A stretch of 64,000 nucleotides of DNA from Ascidiella aspersa (lineage: Eukaryota), in contig OZ004612.1 in the NCBI GenBank assembly GCA_963924565.1, positions 7,564,001-7,628,000 on the forward strand. Direction: 5' to 3'. Under the pieces are notes generated by a model. That model searched no databases and was not told the DNA's origin. It saw only the letters and a list, made by a program, of their open reading frames with translations. Position numbers and translations under genes: made by a program. Of this stretch, positions 63,155-64,000 are shown one piece after another. Position 1 is the first letter of the stretch. Every line of letters begins with the position of its first letter.

Positions 63155-63516
63155 CACCAGACATTCGCTCTGCGGTTGATTCTTCTACTAGAAATGCTAC
63201 AATGCAACGCAAGATCACTTTCCTTATTGCAACCGATATGTGCTGTTGGATGCCCATTTGCATTATGACTTTCCTAAGTATGGGCGGAGTGGTCATGCCC
63301 TCCTTCGCTTACGCCTTTTCCGCCGTTATCCTGTTGCCAATTAACAGCGCTTTAAATCCAATAATTTACTCCGATACCTTACCGATTGCTTTGGGTTTTT
63401 GCCGAGCACAATTATCCAAGTTTCGTATGAACACTAAACCCGTTGTTTCTGATGAGCGATCTCAATCGACAAAAGATGAAAATTTGCATTCCCATAAAAC
63501 GACTTCAGGAGTTTAG
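63155..63516 (+). pseudogene. 5'-truncated fragment (ICL3, TM6, TM7, C-tail) of GPCR paralogue 1; the duplicated segment continues to the window end
   Basis: 63155-64000 aligns to 52428-53269 with few differences, including the 3' UTR and downstream MITE. Sequence left of 63155 is unrelated. Confidence 0.85.
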
Positions 63517-64000
63517 ATTATTGTTGCGCGTTGTGAACGGATTGTGTCGAATCTTTTGTTACCCTATAGATGTGTCGCACTAGCATCATTAATCGTAGCA
63601 TGTAAGTTTAAGCTGTCATATCTATATTTAGAAAACAAAAAAATTATTGCAACTAAATGTCTGTCTTTTGGTATAGAAGCCTTTCTAAGACTACATGTAC
63701 CTATATAGTTTCTTTGTGGTAATATTTATTTCCTATTTCTTTTCGAAAATAACTTTTATGATTCACGATTGTTTATAATGAGGGGTGAAAGTAAAATAAA
63801 TTTTTTGTCGTAACGATAATAAATTTTCTTACCGCAATAGGTACATGGAAATTTTCAGAGATGAAGTCAGAAAGTTACGTCGTAAAAGGACGTTCTAAAA
63901 AACGTAAACTTCTAACACCTGAGGTTTTTGTTCGATGTAGTGCACGAATATGCAAGGAAGGAACGGCGTCCGGATAGTTACGGCTTACTTTTACCAGTTG

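Overview
AT-rich animal genomic DNA with spliceosomal introns. The gene content, (TTAGGG)n-type repeat and patchy CpG suggest an ascidian tunicate (inference). About 15 kb of gene-free DNA with CpG-rich, CRE/ETS/kB-motif-rich patches and many small DNA-transposon relics is followed by: a C5orf34 homologue (+, 2 exons); a complete 20-exon cap1 2'-O-methyltransferase CMTR1 (-, 830 aa by my exon assembly, with two GC-AG introns); an intronless 1109-aa PP6 regulatory ankyrin-repeat gene (ANKRD28/44/52, -) directly upstream of CMTR1 in an operon-like arrangement; two tandem 8-exon GPCR paralogues (signal peptide, about 15 LDLa modules, no LRRs, RXFP/GRL101-like 7TM); and a truncated near-identical third copy at the right edge. 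Less obvious structure includes an 89-bp inverted repeat carrying a minimal Penelope-type hammerhead ribozyme, nested in a hAT-like MITE in the last CMTR1 intron. There are also decayed hammerhead motifs in both GPCR genes, transposon ends bracketing the large LDLa exon, and signs of 3' gene conversion between the GPCR paralogues. All calls come from reading the sequence by eye; no searches were run.
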